Shown: one piece after another, positions 9,659 through 19,094 of the stretch | Numbering within the stretch: the stretch's first letter is position 1 | How the letters are laid out: each line of letters starts with the position of its first letter | Virus record (IMG/VR): IMGVR_UViG_3300023199_000154 | Direction: 5' to 3' (one strand) | DNA: 64,000 nt | From: an uncultured virus (IMG/VR IMGVR_UViG_3300023199_000154) | Taxonomy: Duplodnaviria > Heunggongvirae > Uroviricota > Caudoviricetes | Position numbers and translations under genes: made by a program | The notes under the pieces: generated by a model | Databases searched by the model: none | Told to the model about the DNA's origin: nothing | Seen by the model: only the letters and a program-made list of their open reading frames with translations

Positions 9659-10306
9659 TCACAGCTCGGCGAGGTCTACGTCGTCGTCGTCCTCCTCGTC
9701 TTGGGAGGATGCCGGCGGCTTGGCCGGCTCCTCGTCCTTCTTCGATGCACGGGCCGACGGCTTCTTGCCGTTCTTGCCCTTGCTGCTCTTCTTGGGCGAC
9801 TCGTCATCCTCCTCCCCGGAGGACTTGCCACCGCCGCCGATGCGGACCAGCTCGCCTTCCTCGTTGACGACGTAGCGAAGGCCCTCCCAGCCCTCGGCGC
9901 TTCGGAAGCCCTTGAGCCGGTACTGCGGGTTGTTCGGGTCGTAGTCGTCCTCGTACACGTTGGCCACGAACAGCTTGGCCTTGCGCATCTCGGTGAGCGG
10001 GATCTTGTTGCCGGTGAGATCCGGAAGGATCGCCTTCGCAAGGTTGGCAATCTTCCACTGCGACGCCGATCCGAGGTTGAAGATGTCGAACACCTTTTTG
10101 TTGACGCCCTCCTCGTGATCCTCGTCGAGGCAGTCGATGAGTTTCGTCTCGGTCTTGAGGAACTTCTTGCTCGAGTCGTTCCGGGCGCTGGACTTCTTCA
10201 GATCCTCGAGGAGGCACAGGTACCGGCCCTCGGGGATCCGGTATTCGCCGTCGCCGAATTCCTCGACGTTGCCTTCAAGCTCGAGTTCATCTACGCTGTC
10301 TGTCAT
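9659..10306 (-). CDS. SSB-like (DUF669-type) protein
   Basis: IPEGRY motif, beta-rich core, acidic tail DDDDVDLAEL; adjacent to a Sak4-like ATPase. Confidence 0.7.
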   Translation of the reverse strand: MTDSVDELELEGNVEEFGDGEYRIPEGRYLCLLEDLKKSSARNDSSKKFLKTETKLIDCLDEDHEEGVNKKVFDIFNLGSASQWKIANLAKAILPDLTGNKIPLTEMRKAKLFVANVYEDDYDPNNPQYRLKGFRSAEGWEGLRYVVNEEGELVRIGGGGKSSGEEDDESPKKSSKGKNGKKPSARASKKDEEPAKPPASSQDEEDDDDVDLAEL

Positions 10307-10359
10307 TCGGTAGCTCCTTCAGGGTTCGGTTCGGTTCCATGCTCAGAAGCCGGTCAGGG

Positions 10360-11145
10360 TCACTCCTGGCCGGCTTCTTCGTTTTCTGGCTCGGGCACGT
10401 GGCGCCCGGTGAGCTTGCGCTGGATCATCGCGAGGTCCGCTGGCTCGCGCTCCTCGAGCACGCCCAGCCGATCTCCATGCATCGGCCGGAAGTACCGGGC
10501 ACCGCTCTTGCCCTTGGTGACGCGCAGGATGGCGTCGGCGTCGCCAGTGAAGCGATCGAAGCTCTGCCCCCTGATGCCCGGGACCTTGTAGCCCGTCTCC
10601 TTGCGGTCGATCTTCTCGTCGCGTTCCAGCGCTACGGTAACGACATTGCAGGGCATGGCATCCAGGGCGTCGGCAACCTCCGACATATGCCCGAGGTTCA
10701 CTCCCCAGTCAACCTCGGTCACCATCTCGCGGATGTATTCGTCGCCGACGTCGTGCTTCTGTGCCTTGATGTTGATGCGGCGGGCCTCGGCGAGCAGACG
10801 GTTCTGCAGGTGAGTCACCGTGTCGAGCGCAACCCAGATCTTCCCCCGGTCCTTCTTCTTCGCGATCCGCGTCACCCAGGACCTAGCCGAGTCGAGCGCC
10901 CGTCGCACGTCCTTGAGCGTGCGGATGTCTTCCTCGACCACCACCCGCCCCTGGTAGTCGCCGGCGTTGCGGTGCAGCTCGATGAGACCTCGATCGACGC
11001 TCAGGTACACGATCACGTGCGACCCGCCACGGCTCCGTGATGCCAGGTCGAGGATCGCGTGCGTCTTGCCAATCTTCGGTGGCCCGTAGAGGAGTACGTA
11101 GGCCCGATCAGCGTACTTGCTGGTTCCCAATTCGGTCGTGAACAC
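10360..11145 (-). CDS. AAA_24/Sak4-like recombination ATPase
   Basis: LLYGPPKIGKT, VALDTVT. Confidence 0.8.
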   Translation of the reverse strand: MFTTELGTSKYADRAYVLLYGPPKIGKTHAILDLASRSRGGSHVIVYLSVDRGLIELHRNAGDYQGRVVVEEDIRTLKDVRRALDSARSWVTRIAKKKDRGKIWVALDTVTHLQNRLLAEARRINIKAQKHDVGDEYIREMVTEVDWGVNLGHMSEVADALDAMPCNVVTVALERDEKIDRKETGYKVPGIRGQSFDRFTGDADAILRVTKGKSGARYFRPMHGDRLGVLEEREPADLAMIQRKLTGRHVPEPENEEAGQE

Positions 11146-11339
11146 GGCAGCCTCAGTCCTTTCGCTTGCGCCCGCACCAGACGCAGTACTCGTCGGACTC
11201 GATGCGGATGTACTGGTGGTCGTGGATCAGAATCCGCAACAACATAGCCGCTCCGATGAGCAACAGGACCGCCTCCCACCATTGCACCGAATCACCGTTG
11301 TACGCGCCCAATGTGGCGCGTGTCAATACCCGATGTGCG

Positions 11340-11564
11340 TCACCACTTGCGGGGATCCCGCGCCCCGCAGGCGCGACAGAACACCGCTCCACCGCGATTC
11401 CGCACCGGCCCCGCACCCTTGTTCCGGCGGCGTCGGATGCGCATGCATCGCTTCTGTTCGCACCACCAGTATCGGCCGCGCATCTCGGCTTGGCGCGCAA
11501 GCTCGAGACGGCGCAGCATCTCTGGATCGTAGCTCGCCGCCACCCGTCCGATGTAGTCGGTCAT
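11340..11564 (-). CDS. Hypothetical protein
   Basis: Short ORF with CxxC. Confidence 0.4.
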   Translation of the reverse strand: MTDYIGRVAASYDPEMLRRLELARQAEMRGRYWWCEQKRCMRIRRRRNKGAGPVRNRGGAVFCRACGARDPRKW

Positions 11565-11578
11565 TGCCCTCGCTCCGT

Positions 11579-12001
11579 TCACCGAAGGCCCAGGGGCGGG
11601 AGGATGGCCCCCATCAGGTAGCCGGCCAGATACAGCGCGATGGCCAACGCGATCATGACGAGGTGCGGGAACCGCTCTTCCGGAGCAGGCTCGGCCATCA
11701 GGCGCAGCGTGTGGCACTTCTCGCATGCCCTCGCCACCTGCGGCCTCGGGTCGGGATTCACGCACTCGATGGCTATCTGCTCTTTCAGCGATAGACCCAT
11801 CACCATATGCCGGTTGAAAGAACCGCCTTCCATGCGAATGTAGATGAAGTCTTCTCTCCCACGGGGGAACCCCATCGTGTGATCCCACCTCCTTCGGCAT
11901 GTCGGACACCTGTTCCTGTAGGACTCGAGGGGCGGCAAGTTGGTGTCGATGCCCTCAGGGATCGAAGGCGTGCGATAAGCGCCGTGGCCGTTGACCTTCA
12001 T
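11579..12001 (-). CDS. Hypothetical protein with CxxC motifs and a C-terminal TM helix
   Basis: ATGA-coupled ORF. Confidence 0.55.
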   Translation of the reverse strand: MKVNGHGAYRTPSIPEGIDTNLPPLESYRNRCPTCRRRWDHTMGFPRGREDFIYIRMEGGSFNRHMVMGLSLKEQIAIECVNPDPRPQVARACEKCHTLRLMAEPAPEERFPHLVMIALAIALYLAGYLMGAILPPLGLR

Positions 12002-13035
12002 CCCTTGCCTTTCTTGTCCGAGGGAGATCGGATCTTGCCGAGCTCCTGGATGTCGGTCTTGATGGCCGCCGCGATCTCGCGACTCGATGCGCCGATCATC
12101 TCCTCGCAGTACGCGCGGTAGTCGCACAGGCCGCACTCCCCGCCACCATAGCTCGGCGGATAGTCCTCCTCTTCGATAACCGGCAGCATGTCGTTCATCG
12201 AACGCATGTGCTTGAGCACGGCGTCGACGTCGAGATCTTTGCGCGCAATGACCATCTTCTCGACGTTCGCCGCGCCCTTCTCGCACAGGTCCTCGTACAC
12301 GCGCTTCTCGAAGTCGGCCATCTTCTCGGTCTTCTTCGGCCGGAGCTGGGGCTTCTTGAAGGTGAGTCCTCGGAACGCCTTGGCCGACGGCAGTCCCTTC
12401 AGGTACACCGCGGCTTGCATGAGGTACTGGATCTTGGTGTAGGGGTTCTTCGCGTACTTCCACTCGTCGATGACCTCGGGAGCACGCTCGCTGATGACGC
12501 CCGCCGGAATCACGACGTCAGCGAACCCACTGTAGAAGCCGCCGCCGAACGGGAAGTGGAACGGGACCTCGCACTTCACCGAGCCCGGTTCGTAGTAGGG
12601 GTTCTCACTGTACCAGCGGAGCACCGCGCGCAGCTTGGCCTTCTCGAGCGGTCCGATCTCGTCACGCGGCTCGGGGACCGTGCCATCCCATCCTTTCCCA
12701 ACATCCACCTTCGCGCGAGCGATGGTGAAGGCGTCGCCGGTGAGGAAGTACTCCGGGGTCTTCGGAAGATCCTTGATGACGAAGTACTTGTAGCTCATGG
12801 CGAACTTGCGAGCGCAGCCTCCCATCGTCTTGATGCGTGACGGGCTCATGGCTGCGTTGCTCGAACGCTCACGCTTGGCCTCGACGCGGAACTTGAACAC
12901 GTCGAGCTCGCAGAGGAAGTGGTTCGAGTGCAGACAGACCTCGCCATCCTTGTACTGGCACGTCGCGCCGCGCTCGGTGCGCACGGCCGTGAAGTCGGGA
13001 CAGATCTCCAGCACCTTCTTCTTCGATAGCTTCAT
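11998..13035 (-). CDS. PD-(D/E)XK nuclease (RecB/Cas4-like)
   Basis: SPSRI..C, E, GFADVV, DEWK, QAAVY and C-terminal C..CDYRAYC. Confidence 0.85.
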   Translation of the reverse strand: MKLSKKKVLEICPDFTAVRTERGATCQYKDGEVCLHSNHFLCELDVFKFRVEAKRERSSNAAMSPSRIKTMGGCARKFAMSYKYFVIKDLPKTPEYFLTGDAFTIARAKVDVGKGWDGTVPEPRDEIGPLEKAKLRAVLRWYSENPYYEPGSVKCEVPFHFPFGGGFYSGFADVVIPAGVISERAPEVIDEWKYAKNPYTKIQYLMQAAVYLKGLPSAKAFRGLTFKKPQLRPKKTEKMADFEKRVYEDLCEKGAANVEKMVIARKDLDVDAVLKHMRSMNDMLPVIEEEDYPPSYGGGECGLCDYRAYCEEMIGASSREIAAAIKTDIQELGKIRSPSDKKGKG

Positions 13036-13367
13036 TCGTCCTTGTCCTTCTCGTCGGCAATGATTTCTTCAGTCAGTTCCAAGAGCTTCGCGTAGCTCGT
13101 GCGTGCCAATCCCTTCCAGTGGTTGGCTCCTCGGTCCATCGGGACACCGATCGCCACTAGCGGCAAGAACACCTGGATCTGCTTCGCTCGTTCGAGTTGG
13201 CGTTCGAGTTGGGCAACCCGATTGCGCGCGGTCACCGCCTCTTCGAGGCTCTCGCGAAGGTCGCGGAAGTCGGACTTCCGGATTACGAGGTCAGGCTCCG
13301 TTGGCCTCTCCGCCCGCCACCGCACGACCTCGAGCAGCTTGTCGACGGTCATCTTGGTGGAGCTCAC
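13032..13367 (-). CDS. Hypothetical coiled-coil protein
   Basis: Coupled ORF. Confidence 0.55.
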   Translation of the reverse strand: MSSTKMTVDKLLEVVRWRAERPTEPDLVIRKSDFRDLRESLEEAVTARNRVAQLERQLERAKQIQVFLPLVAIGVPMDRGANHWKGLARTSYAKLLELTEEIIADEKDKDE

Positions 13368-13759
13368 CGTCGACCGATCCTTTCATTCAAAAATGCGCGC
13401 AGCTCGGACAGTGGGCGACCGTTCTTGCAGAGCAAGTCGTTCTTGTCGATCAGTTGACCGGTGATGAGAGGCCGGAGGTCGTTGTACGGGCGGTCATCGA
13501 GCGCGTCATCGATCTCCTCGAGGAATATGTCGAGGCGACTCTCTTCCTCTCCGTGGTCCCACACCTCTGGGAGCTTGCCGAATCGATCGATGCAGTAGGC
13601 TGCGCCGAGCAAGCACGCACACCACCCGCACGGTCTCCGATACAGCACGTATCCGCCGTGAGCCCACCGACCGGGTTCACGTTCGAGCGCGTCGATCGCG
13701 TCGTGAAGCAGCTTCTTTGCGTACTCGCGTTCCATGTCCCTCCACCTTGGAAAACTCAC
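13364..13759 (-). CDS. Hypothetical protein
   Basis: Coupled ORF. Confidence 0.55.
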   Translation of the reverse strand: MSFPRWRDMEREYAKKLLHDAIDALEREPGRWAHGGYVLYRRPCGWCACLLGAAYCIDRFGKLPEVWDHGEEESRLDIFLEEIDDALDDRPYNDLRPLITGQLIDKNDLLCKNGRPLSELRAFLNERIGRR

Positions 13760-14027
13760 AGACCTTCATCCCGCCGCGTGCGTCGATTCGGACGATGCGC
13801 TCGCACAGGTGCACGAAGAAGTAGACCTCATTCGGGGTGAGCGACTGCCAGTCCTTCTCGAGCAGCCACCGAACGAAGGCATCCCGGTCGCGGACTCCGT
13901 TCTTGGCAACGTAGCGCTCGAGCTCGTTCTGCACCCCGGTGCCATGTGCGAAGGACGCGCCGCCCTCGAACAGCAGCAGCGTCTTCAAGGTGCGAAACCG
14001 TCGTCGTATCCGCGCGCTCTCGATCAC
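13677..14027 (-). CDS. Hypothetical protein
   Basis: ORF with RBS-like upstream sequence. Confidence 0.45.
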   Translation of the reverse strand: MIESARIRRRFRTLKTLLLFEGGASFAHGTGVQNELERYVAKNGVRDRDAFVRWLLEKDWQSLTPNEVYFFVHLCERIVRIDARGGMKVCEFSKVEGHGTRVRKEAASRRDRRART

Positions 14028-14045
14028 AACCGGCTCCTGAAAGAC

Positions 14046-14461
14046 TCATTCGTCGTCATCGTAGGACCCCTTTCGGATCTTCTTCGCCAACTCGCGCATT
14101 TCCTGAGCGGCGTATCGGTGAGCCTCGGGCCAGGTGGTTGTGTCGGTGTCCGGTCCGCCAGATTCGTCGATCCAAGCCACCACATCCTCGGAGTAGGCTT
14201 CCTTGTCGAGGAGATCAGCGATGCGCGATGCAATCTGGTCTCGCTCGGTTTCCATATCAGCCCGTTCGGCCTGAGCACGCGACTCCGCTTCGAGCGCCTC
14301 TCTCAGGGCCTCGTTCAGACGGTCTCGCTCCTCCTTGGAAGCCTTCGCCTGCTCGATCAGGATGCCCAGCTTTTCCTGAGCCTGGGGATACGGAAGCCCA
14401 CGAAGAAAGTCTGCTCCACATTCGCCCGCACCCGCTCTACTGCCTCTCGCTCTTCTGTCAC
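14046..14461 (-). pseudogene. Frameshifted coiled-coil gene
   Basis: The coupled GTG start at 14461 stops after 34 codons, while the coiled-coil body continues in the -1 frame without its own start. Confidence 0.45.
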
Positions 14462-14706
14462 TGTCCTGCCTCCTCGGGACGCCACCATCCCATCCCTCCC
14501 GGCTGCTGGGATCCGGTCCCTGCCGTCGACAGACGCCGCTCGTAGTCGCGTAGCACCCGTGCCCGCGACTCGGATCTCTCCGCCGCCTCGCGCACGTCGT
14601 GGACGACCTCCTCGCGGGTGACTCCGACGCGGCCACACCAGCGCACCGCGTCTCCGACCGTGTGCAACACCAGCTCCCTGTGTACGTGCATTTCTCGCTC
14701 GGTCAT
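14458..14706 (-). CDS. Hypothetical protein
   Basis: Coupled ORF. Confidence 0.5.
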   Translation of the reverse strand: MTEREMHVHRELVLHTVGDAVRWCGRVGVTREEVVHDVREAAERSESRARVLRDYERRLSTAGTGSQQPGGMGWWRPEEAGQ

Positions 14707-14885
14707 TTGCCAATCTCCAGGCCGCGGTCGTTCATGTCGCTCACCATCGTATCAAGCGTTGCGGCGACTTCACCTTCGAGCCAGCTCCTCACTTCTTGCC
14801 GCGTCGCACGCCGATTGCGTCCGTAGTGCGCTGCGACAGCTCGCAGCTGCTCATCGGTGAAATCGAACGAAATGCGGACCTTCAC
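14703..14885 (-). CDS. Hypothetical protein
   Basis: Coupled short ORF. Confidence 0.5.
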   Translation of the reverse strand: MKVRISFDFTDEQLRAVAAHYGRNRRATRQEVRSWLEGEVAATLDTMVSDMNDRGLEIGK

Positions 14886-14911
14886 TGATCTACCCGAGAC
14901 TCATCCTCCAG

Positions 14912-15160
14912 TTACTCCAGTGGCAACAACTCGGGCACGAGCGAGAACAGGTGGGTGCGCTTCTTCTCGTACTGCTCGAGCACGCGGATCAGTTCGGCAC
15001 GTGCGGTACCGATCTGCGACTGCGCGTCATTGAGCACTTTGCGGTATCGTCTCTGCACGTCGACGAGTCGGCCTTCAGCCTTGTGCAACTCGTGGAGTGC
15101 GACATTGACCGAAGCCACCGCGTTCGAGCGCTTCGTCGCTTCATCATCCGAAAATGCCAT
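14912..15160 (-). CDS. Hypothetical coiled-coil protein
   Basis: MAFSDDE start after a GAGG RBS. Confidence 0.55.
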   Translation of the reverse strand: MAFSDDEATKRSNAVASVNVALHELHKAEGRLVDVQRRYRKVLNDAQSQIGTARAELIRVLEQYEKKRTHLFSLVPELLPLE

Positions 15161-15445
15161 CAGTACCTCTCTACGGTTTGATCCACCACTGTGTAGAAAC
15201 ACCCGAGCGGGCACGTCATCGACGCTGCACCAGTGCTCCACGCCGAAGGGTCGTACACCGAGCCCGCAGGCACCTTCACGCGAATGGAGGCACCGCATAC
15301 CGGACAGCGCGCATGAACGGTGTATGGGGGATGGGGGGCGCAGCCGCCCAGAGCTTGCCGAGACCTCATCGCCGGAAACCTCCCGAGATCCTTCCGCCTT
15401 GGCCTGAAGCCAAAAAGCTCAATAATTCCGCATGGTTAGAGCACT

Positions 15446-15700
15446 TCACTTGGTCTTCCGATAAGGGCCGTTCTCGGAAGTCGAGGAGGCACCGTCTAGG
15501 GCGGTGAGGGCGTCATCGAGGGCAGCGTGGGCCTGGTCTGCGAGAGCCACGCGCTCCTGCACGTCCGGATCGTCCTCGCGATCCCCTGGAGAGGGGTGGT
15601 TGCGTAGGGCGCCGCTGGCAAACCGCGCTGCCTCTGCGACTGCCTCCAGGCGCGCACACCGCTTGCGCAGCTCGAGCACCTCTCGACTGAGGGCGATCAC
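15446..15700 (-). CDS. Hypothetical protein
   Basis: Coupled ORF. Confidence 0.5.
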   Translation of the reverse strand: MIALSREVLELRKRCARLEAVAEAARFASGALRNHPSPGDREDDPDVQERVALADQAHAALDDALTALDGASSTSENGPYRKTK

Positions 15701-16173
15701 GACGTCGGCATCCCGCTCTCCGCGAGGGCCTCCTCAGCGCATTCCTCGCACTCGTCGAAACACGTCTCGCGGACACCAGGCGTCGGCATGTAGGCACAAC
15801 GGACCCCGTGTCTACAAAACAGAGCACGGCAGTCCGGCGTGTGGAGGTAGTCGGAGCCGGTCATGTGACCGTCTCGTTGCACGTGCACCTCGATCACGCG
15901 GTCACCTCCGCAATGCGGACAGGGGCGGTCGGGCTGCCTCACCAGGTACAGCCCCGGATCTAGAACCGTCGGGCATCGGCGTTGTGTACTCACGCGCTTC
16001 TTGAGCTCCTCGAGCAGCTCGATGCACTCGTTGACGCTCGCCACGGCGCCTAACTCCCAGAAGCGGCCGCCGTAGTTGGACGCGGAGGCACCACTGGCTG
16101 CTTGCATGCGCCGTCGGCGGATTTGCCTGAACTCCTCAATCGCCTCGTCCAGCACGTCCAGATCTATCTTCAC
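15697..16173 (-). CDS. Hypothetical Cys-rich protein
   Basis: Coupled ORF. Confidence 0.5.
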   Translation of the reverse strand: MKIDLDVLDEAIEEFRQIRRRRMQAASGASASNYGGRFWELGAVASVNECIELLEELKKRVSTQRRCPTVLDPGLYLVRQPDRPCPHCGGDRVIEVHVQRDGHMTGSDYLHTPDCRALFCRHGVRCAYMPTPGVRETCFDECEECAEEALAESGMPTS

Positions 16174-16433
16174 GAGTCCTCCTTCGCTGCGTACACCGCT
16201 GCAACCATGGCCGCGAAGTTGCACACGTCCGCAGCCTCTTGCCGTACCTCTTCGGCCGGCGCACCACGCTGCAAGGCCCGCGACAGCTCGCGGGCCTCGT
16301 CGTAGATGCGACGTGTCAGGTAACCTAGGTCCGCACGCATCCAGTGCCGCTTGTGTTTGTTGGCGCGCAGCTTTTGCAGCTGCACCGGCCGGAGCGCGTC
16401 CACCAGGGCCTCCTCTTCCGCCTTGGTGCTCAC
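16170..16433 (-). CDS. MazG-like NTP pyrophosphohydrolase
   Basis: DEARELSRAL...RQEAADVCNFA, an ExxE..EaaDv pattern. Confidence 0.7.
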   Translation of the reverse strand: MSTKAEEEALVDALRPVQLQKLRANKHKRHWMRADLGYLTRRIYDEARELSRALQRGAPAEEVRQEAADVCNFAAMVAAVYAAKEDS

Positions 16434-16634
16434 GGCTTCCCCTCGGGGCTCGGCTCGGAGGAGTAGGTCACCACCGCGTCTGGCTCACCTTCGCCGCTGC
16501 CCGCGACGTGCGGATTTACGGAGCCGCACAGATAGTCGCGGCGACCACACGACGGGCACGTGCGGAGCCAGTGGCCTGCGTGCACGTAGCGGCACGCGCT
16601 GCACTGCCATAGGCGCTTGTCAACCAGTGGCCGG

Positions 16635-16955
16635 CTACTCACGAATCGTCTCCCCCTGCATGTCCCTCGCCCTCCACCACGACCAGTAGATCGCGGAGGC
16701 AATGGCGACGGTCTCCTCGGTGAGGTCGTGGCCAGCGGCGTCCACGATCACGTTGCAGACGTTGGTCACCAGCCGCCGTGCGGCTCGCGCGCTCCCCCGA
16801 TCGGCCAGCGGTGGTAGCCGCTCGAGCTTGCGCAGTCTGTTGACGGTCCCAGCAAGCGCCGCGTCGTTGTCAGTCCCGAACGGGCACGACGCACACGGCT
16901 TCTTCGTCTCTGGACGCTTCGGCATCCACAGCTTCCGTAGGTTCGGTTGCTCCAT
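16635..16955 (-). CDS. Hypothetical protein (KPCxxCPF)
   Basis: ORF with RBS. Confidence 0.45.
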   Translation of the reverse strand: MEQPNLRKLWMPKRPETKKPCASCPFGTDNDAALAGTVNRLRKLERLPPLADRGSARAARRLVTNVCNVIVDAAGHDLTEETVAIASAIYWSWWRARDMQGETIRE

Positions 16956-17060
16956 GATCTCTCCTTGGCCCTGTCACACAGGGCGTGCAGATGCGGACTG
17001 CATCAGCATCCAGACCTTCGCCGCACAGCCCGCACATGATCTGCAGGTTCCTCGAGTGCA

Positions 17061-17927
17061 TCAGGACCCCCCACTCTGATTCCCCGTGGGGGTGAGAGGC
17101 AGGTGGATCTTCTTCGCGTGCCGCCCGTGCGCCTCGAACGCGATCCCTCGCCCAGAACGCCGCAACCGGTCCGTGTCGAAGCACAACCGGCAGTGGACGC
17201 AGGGCACCTTGCGCGTCTGCGCCGGGCACGGAACAAAGCGGTGACCCGCCATCGAGAAAGCACGCTCCGAGGGGAAGCGTGGAACCACCACCGCCGGCAC
17301 CCAGCCCTCGTCGACGGCCCTCCGAACGTCCAGCGCCGTCTCACATGAAGCGAGTGCCGAGATGGGACCGAAGTCACTCGGCCGGTGCGTCCGCCAGCGG
17401 TGCGTGTAGGTCCACGGCGCGCCTCCCCCCTGCAACAACCATCGCTCCACGCCGCGCGCGAGCCGCTGCGTCGAGACCGGCTCCACGACATCGCCCGAGA
17501 CGTGCAGGCGCAGGTCCCGGCCTCCCCTCGCGCCGTCCAGCGGCAGCATCGTCTCCTCGAGGAGCTCGGCCTCGTGCTGTATGACGCGGCGGCCATCGAG
17601 GCCCTCGGAGTCGGTGTCGAGCTTCTTCATCAGCCACGCTGTGTAGCCGGTCTGCGGATAGCATCCGTTGTCGCGGAAGAAGCAGTCGGTGGGACAGGTG
17701 GACCCGATCGAGACGTAGGTCGCGGCCACGAAAGGAGGAAGCGCCACCGGACGCCGGGTTCCTTTCCAGTCGAACTCCTCGCCGACCACCGCGAGCTTGC
17801 TGTTCGCACAGTTAGCACGCAGCGACACCCCAGGGCGTGCGTGGGTGCCAGTCTTCGGTCGAGTCGAGGGGTCGATGAGATGGTTGAGCCGGCGCCCCAG
17901 GGCGCGCTTGCGGTGAGCCTGGCTCAC
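17061..17927 (-). CDS. Cys-rich gp88-like/radical-SAM-related phage protein
   Basis: NSKL, TCPTDC..GCY, LRLHVSGD, WTYTH, CPAQ..CVHCRLC and IAFEAHG motifs. Confidence 0.65.
   Translation of the reverse strand: MSQAHRKRALGRRLNHLIDPSTRPKTGTHARPGVSLRANCANSKLAVVGEEFDWKGTRRPVALPPFVAATYVSIGSTCPTDCFFRDNGCYPQTGYTAWLMKKLDTDSEGLDGRRVIQHEAELLEETMLPLDGARGGRDLRLHVSGDVVEPVSTQRLARGVERWLLQGGGAPWTYTHRWRTHRPSDFGPISALASCETALDVRRAVDEGWVPAVVVPRFPSERAFSMAGHRFVPCPAQTRKVPCVHCRLCFDTDRLRRSGRGIAFEAHGRHAKKIHLPLTPTGNQSGGS
17064..17092 (+). repeat. Dispersed motif copy 4 (last codons of CDS)
   Basis: GGA CCCCCC ACTCTGATT CCCCGTGGGGG. Confidence 0.85.
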
Positions 17928-18583
17928 AGGTTTCGTTCCAGCTCGGGGGGGCGGTGCAGATGCTCGAAGGCGTTGGCGATGACCATCGGATCACGCATCG
18001 GACCGAGCCAGTCGATCATCGCCTGCTCACCGCGATCGAGGTACTCGAGGGCGACGCAGAGCATGGTCTGCATCGGCCCATGCATGAACGGCAAACCCGA
18101 CTCGTCGGCAGCATCGGCTTCGGCATGAAGCGCATCAATCGCGAATCTGGCGGTGTTCACGAAGGCACCTTGCGAGGAGTGCTCTGGATCGCACTCCTCG
18201 GGCTCGCTCACCGCCAGATGCGTCCGGCAAGGATACGGTCGCGCGTCGTAGACCATGCAGCTACCGCCGCCCAGAAAGACGCAGGGGCGCTTCATGAGGT
18301 ACCAGCGATTGCAGTCCATCTTCGGATCGACCAGCTCGCGGTGCTCCGATTCGATCTCCGGACGCTTGCCCCGAATCCACTCACCCAGACCGTTGGCGTC
18401 GCACCACCGGACCACGGAGATCGCTTCGAGCAGGCTCACCGCAACGAGCTGATTGCAGCAGTGCGGCTCGGTGCAGCGCGAGCAGGTGACGGGGTGACGT
18501 CGCTCGGCCGTCGCCATGAACCCGTCCGCATGATCGTGAAGTACCTGCAAGCGACGAAGCGCACGCTTCAGGCGGAACCTCAC
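17924..18583 (-). CDS. YkgJ-family Cys-cluster (Fe-S/Zn) protein
   Basis: CSRC...CC, CVFL...CMVYDARPYPCR. Confidence 0.8.
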   Translation of the reverse strand: MRFRLKRALRRLQVLHDHADGFMATAERRHPVTCSRCTEPHCCNQLVAVSLLEAISVVRWCDANGLGEWIRGKRPEIESEHRELVDPKMDCNRWYLMKRPCVFLGGGSCMVYDARPYPCRTHLAVSEPEECDPEHSSQGAFVNTARFAIDALHAEADAADESGLPFMHGPMQTMLCVALEYLDRGEQAMIDWLGPMRDPMVIANAFEHLHRPPELERNL

Positions 18584-18801
18584 GCCGCCCCCTTCTCCTC
18601 GCGGATGTGCTGCTGCAGCAGAGCCCGGAGCGCCTGGATGGGCGTGTACTCGTTGCCCATCTCCTTGGAGAGCGCTCGAGCTCGCCGCTCGAGGTACGAC
18701 CACTGCTCCTTGGGCAGCTCGATCGTCGTGCGGTGCATGCCCTCGCGCCGGTTGCGGCGCCGCGGCTTCGACTTGCGAGCCGACTTCTTCTTCGTAGCCA
18801 T
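18580..18801 (-). CDS. Ribbon-helix-helix-like regulator
   Basis: Basic N-terminus, RTTIELP beta-strand followed by two helices. Confidence 0.6.
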   Translation of the reverse strand: MATKKKSARKSKPRRRNRREGMHRTTIELPKEQWSYLERRARALSKEMGNEYTPIQALRALLQQHIREEKGAA

Positions 18802-19032
18802 CAAATGGTCTCCCTGAAAGGATTGGTCATGTCCGTACCGAGCGAGCGGGCGGGCGTCGGTCAGTCCACCAAGAACGTGAGGCGGTGAGGCAAATGCGAC
18901 ACGGGGCCATGGCCGTACCATACGGGGGGCACACGGGTCAAGCCCGAAATGGCGACGTCCCACCGACGTCGCGGGCCCGGGCCGCGGCCGCGCCGGTCGA
19001 CGTCCGAGCGACGTCGCCACGGCAGAAGGTCT

Positions 19033-19085
19033 GCCCCCAGGCCTCGGCCTGGTGGCAGGGCGCCCCCAGGCCGAGGCCTGGGGGC
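19033..19085. terminator. 20-bp perfect hairpin downstream of the RAMA gene
   Basis: GCCCCCAGGCCTCGGCCTGG (19033-19052) pairs with CCAGGCCGAGGCCTGGGGGC (19066-19085); no U-tract. Confidence 0.6.
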
Positions 19086-19094
19086 TTACGGGCA

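Noticed and set aside
11998..13035. Cas4 of a CRISPR system
   Set aside because: The context (Sak4-like ATPase, SSB-like protein) indicates a phage recombination nuclease.
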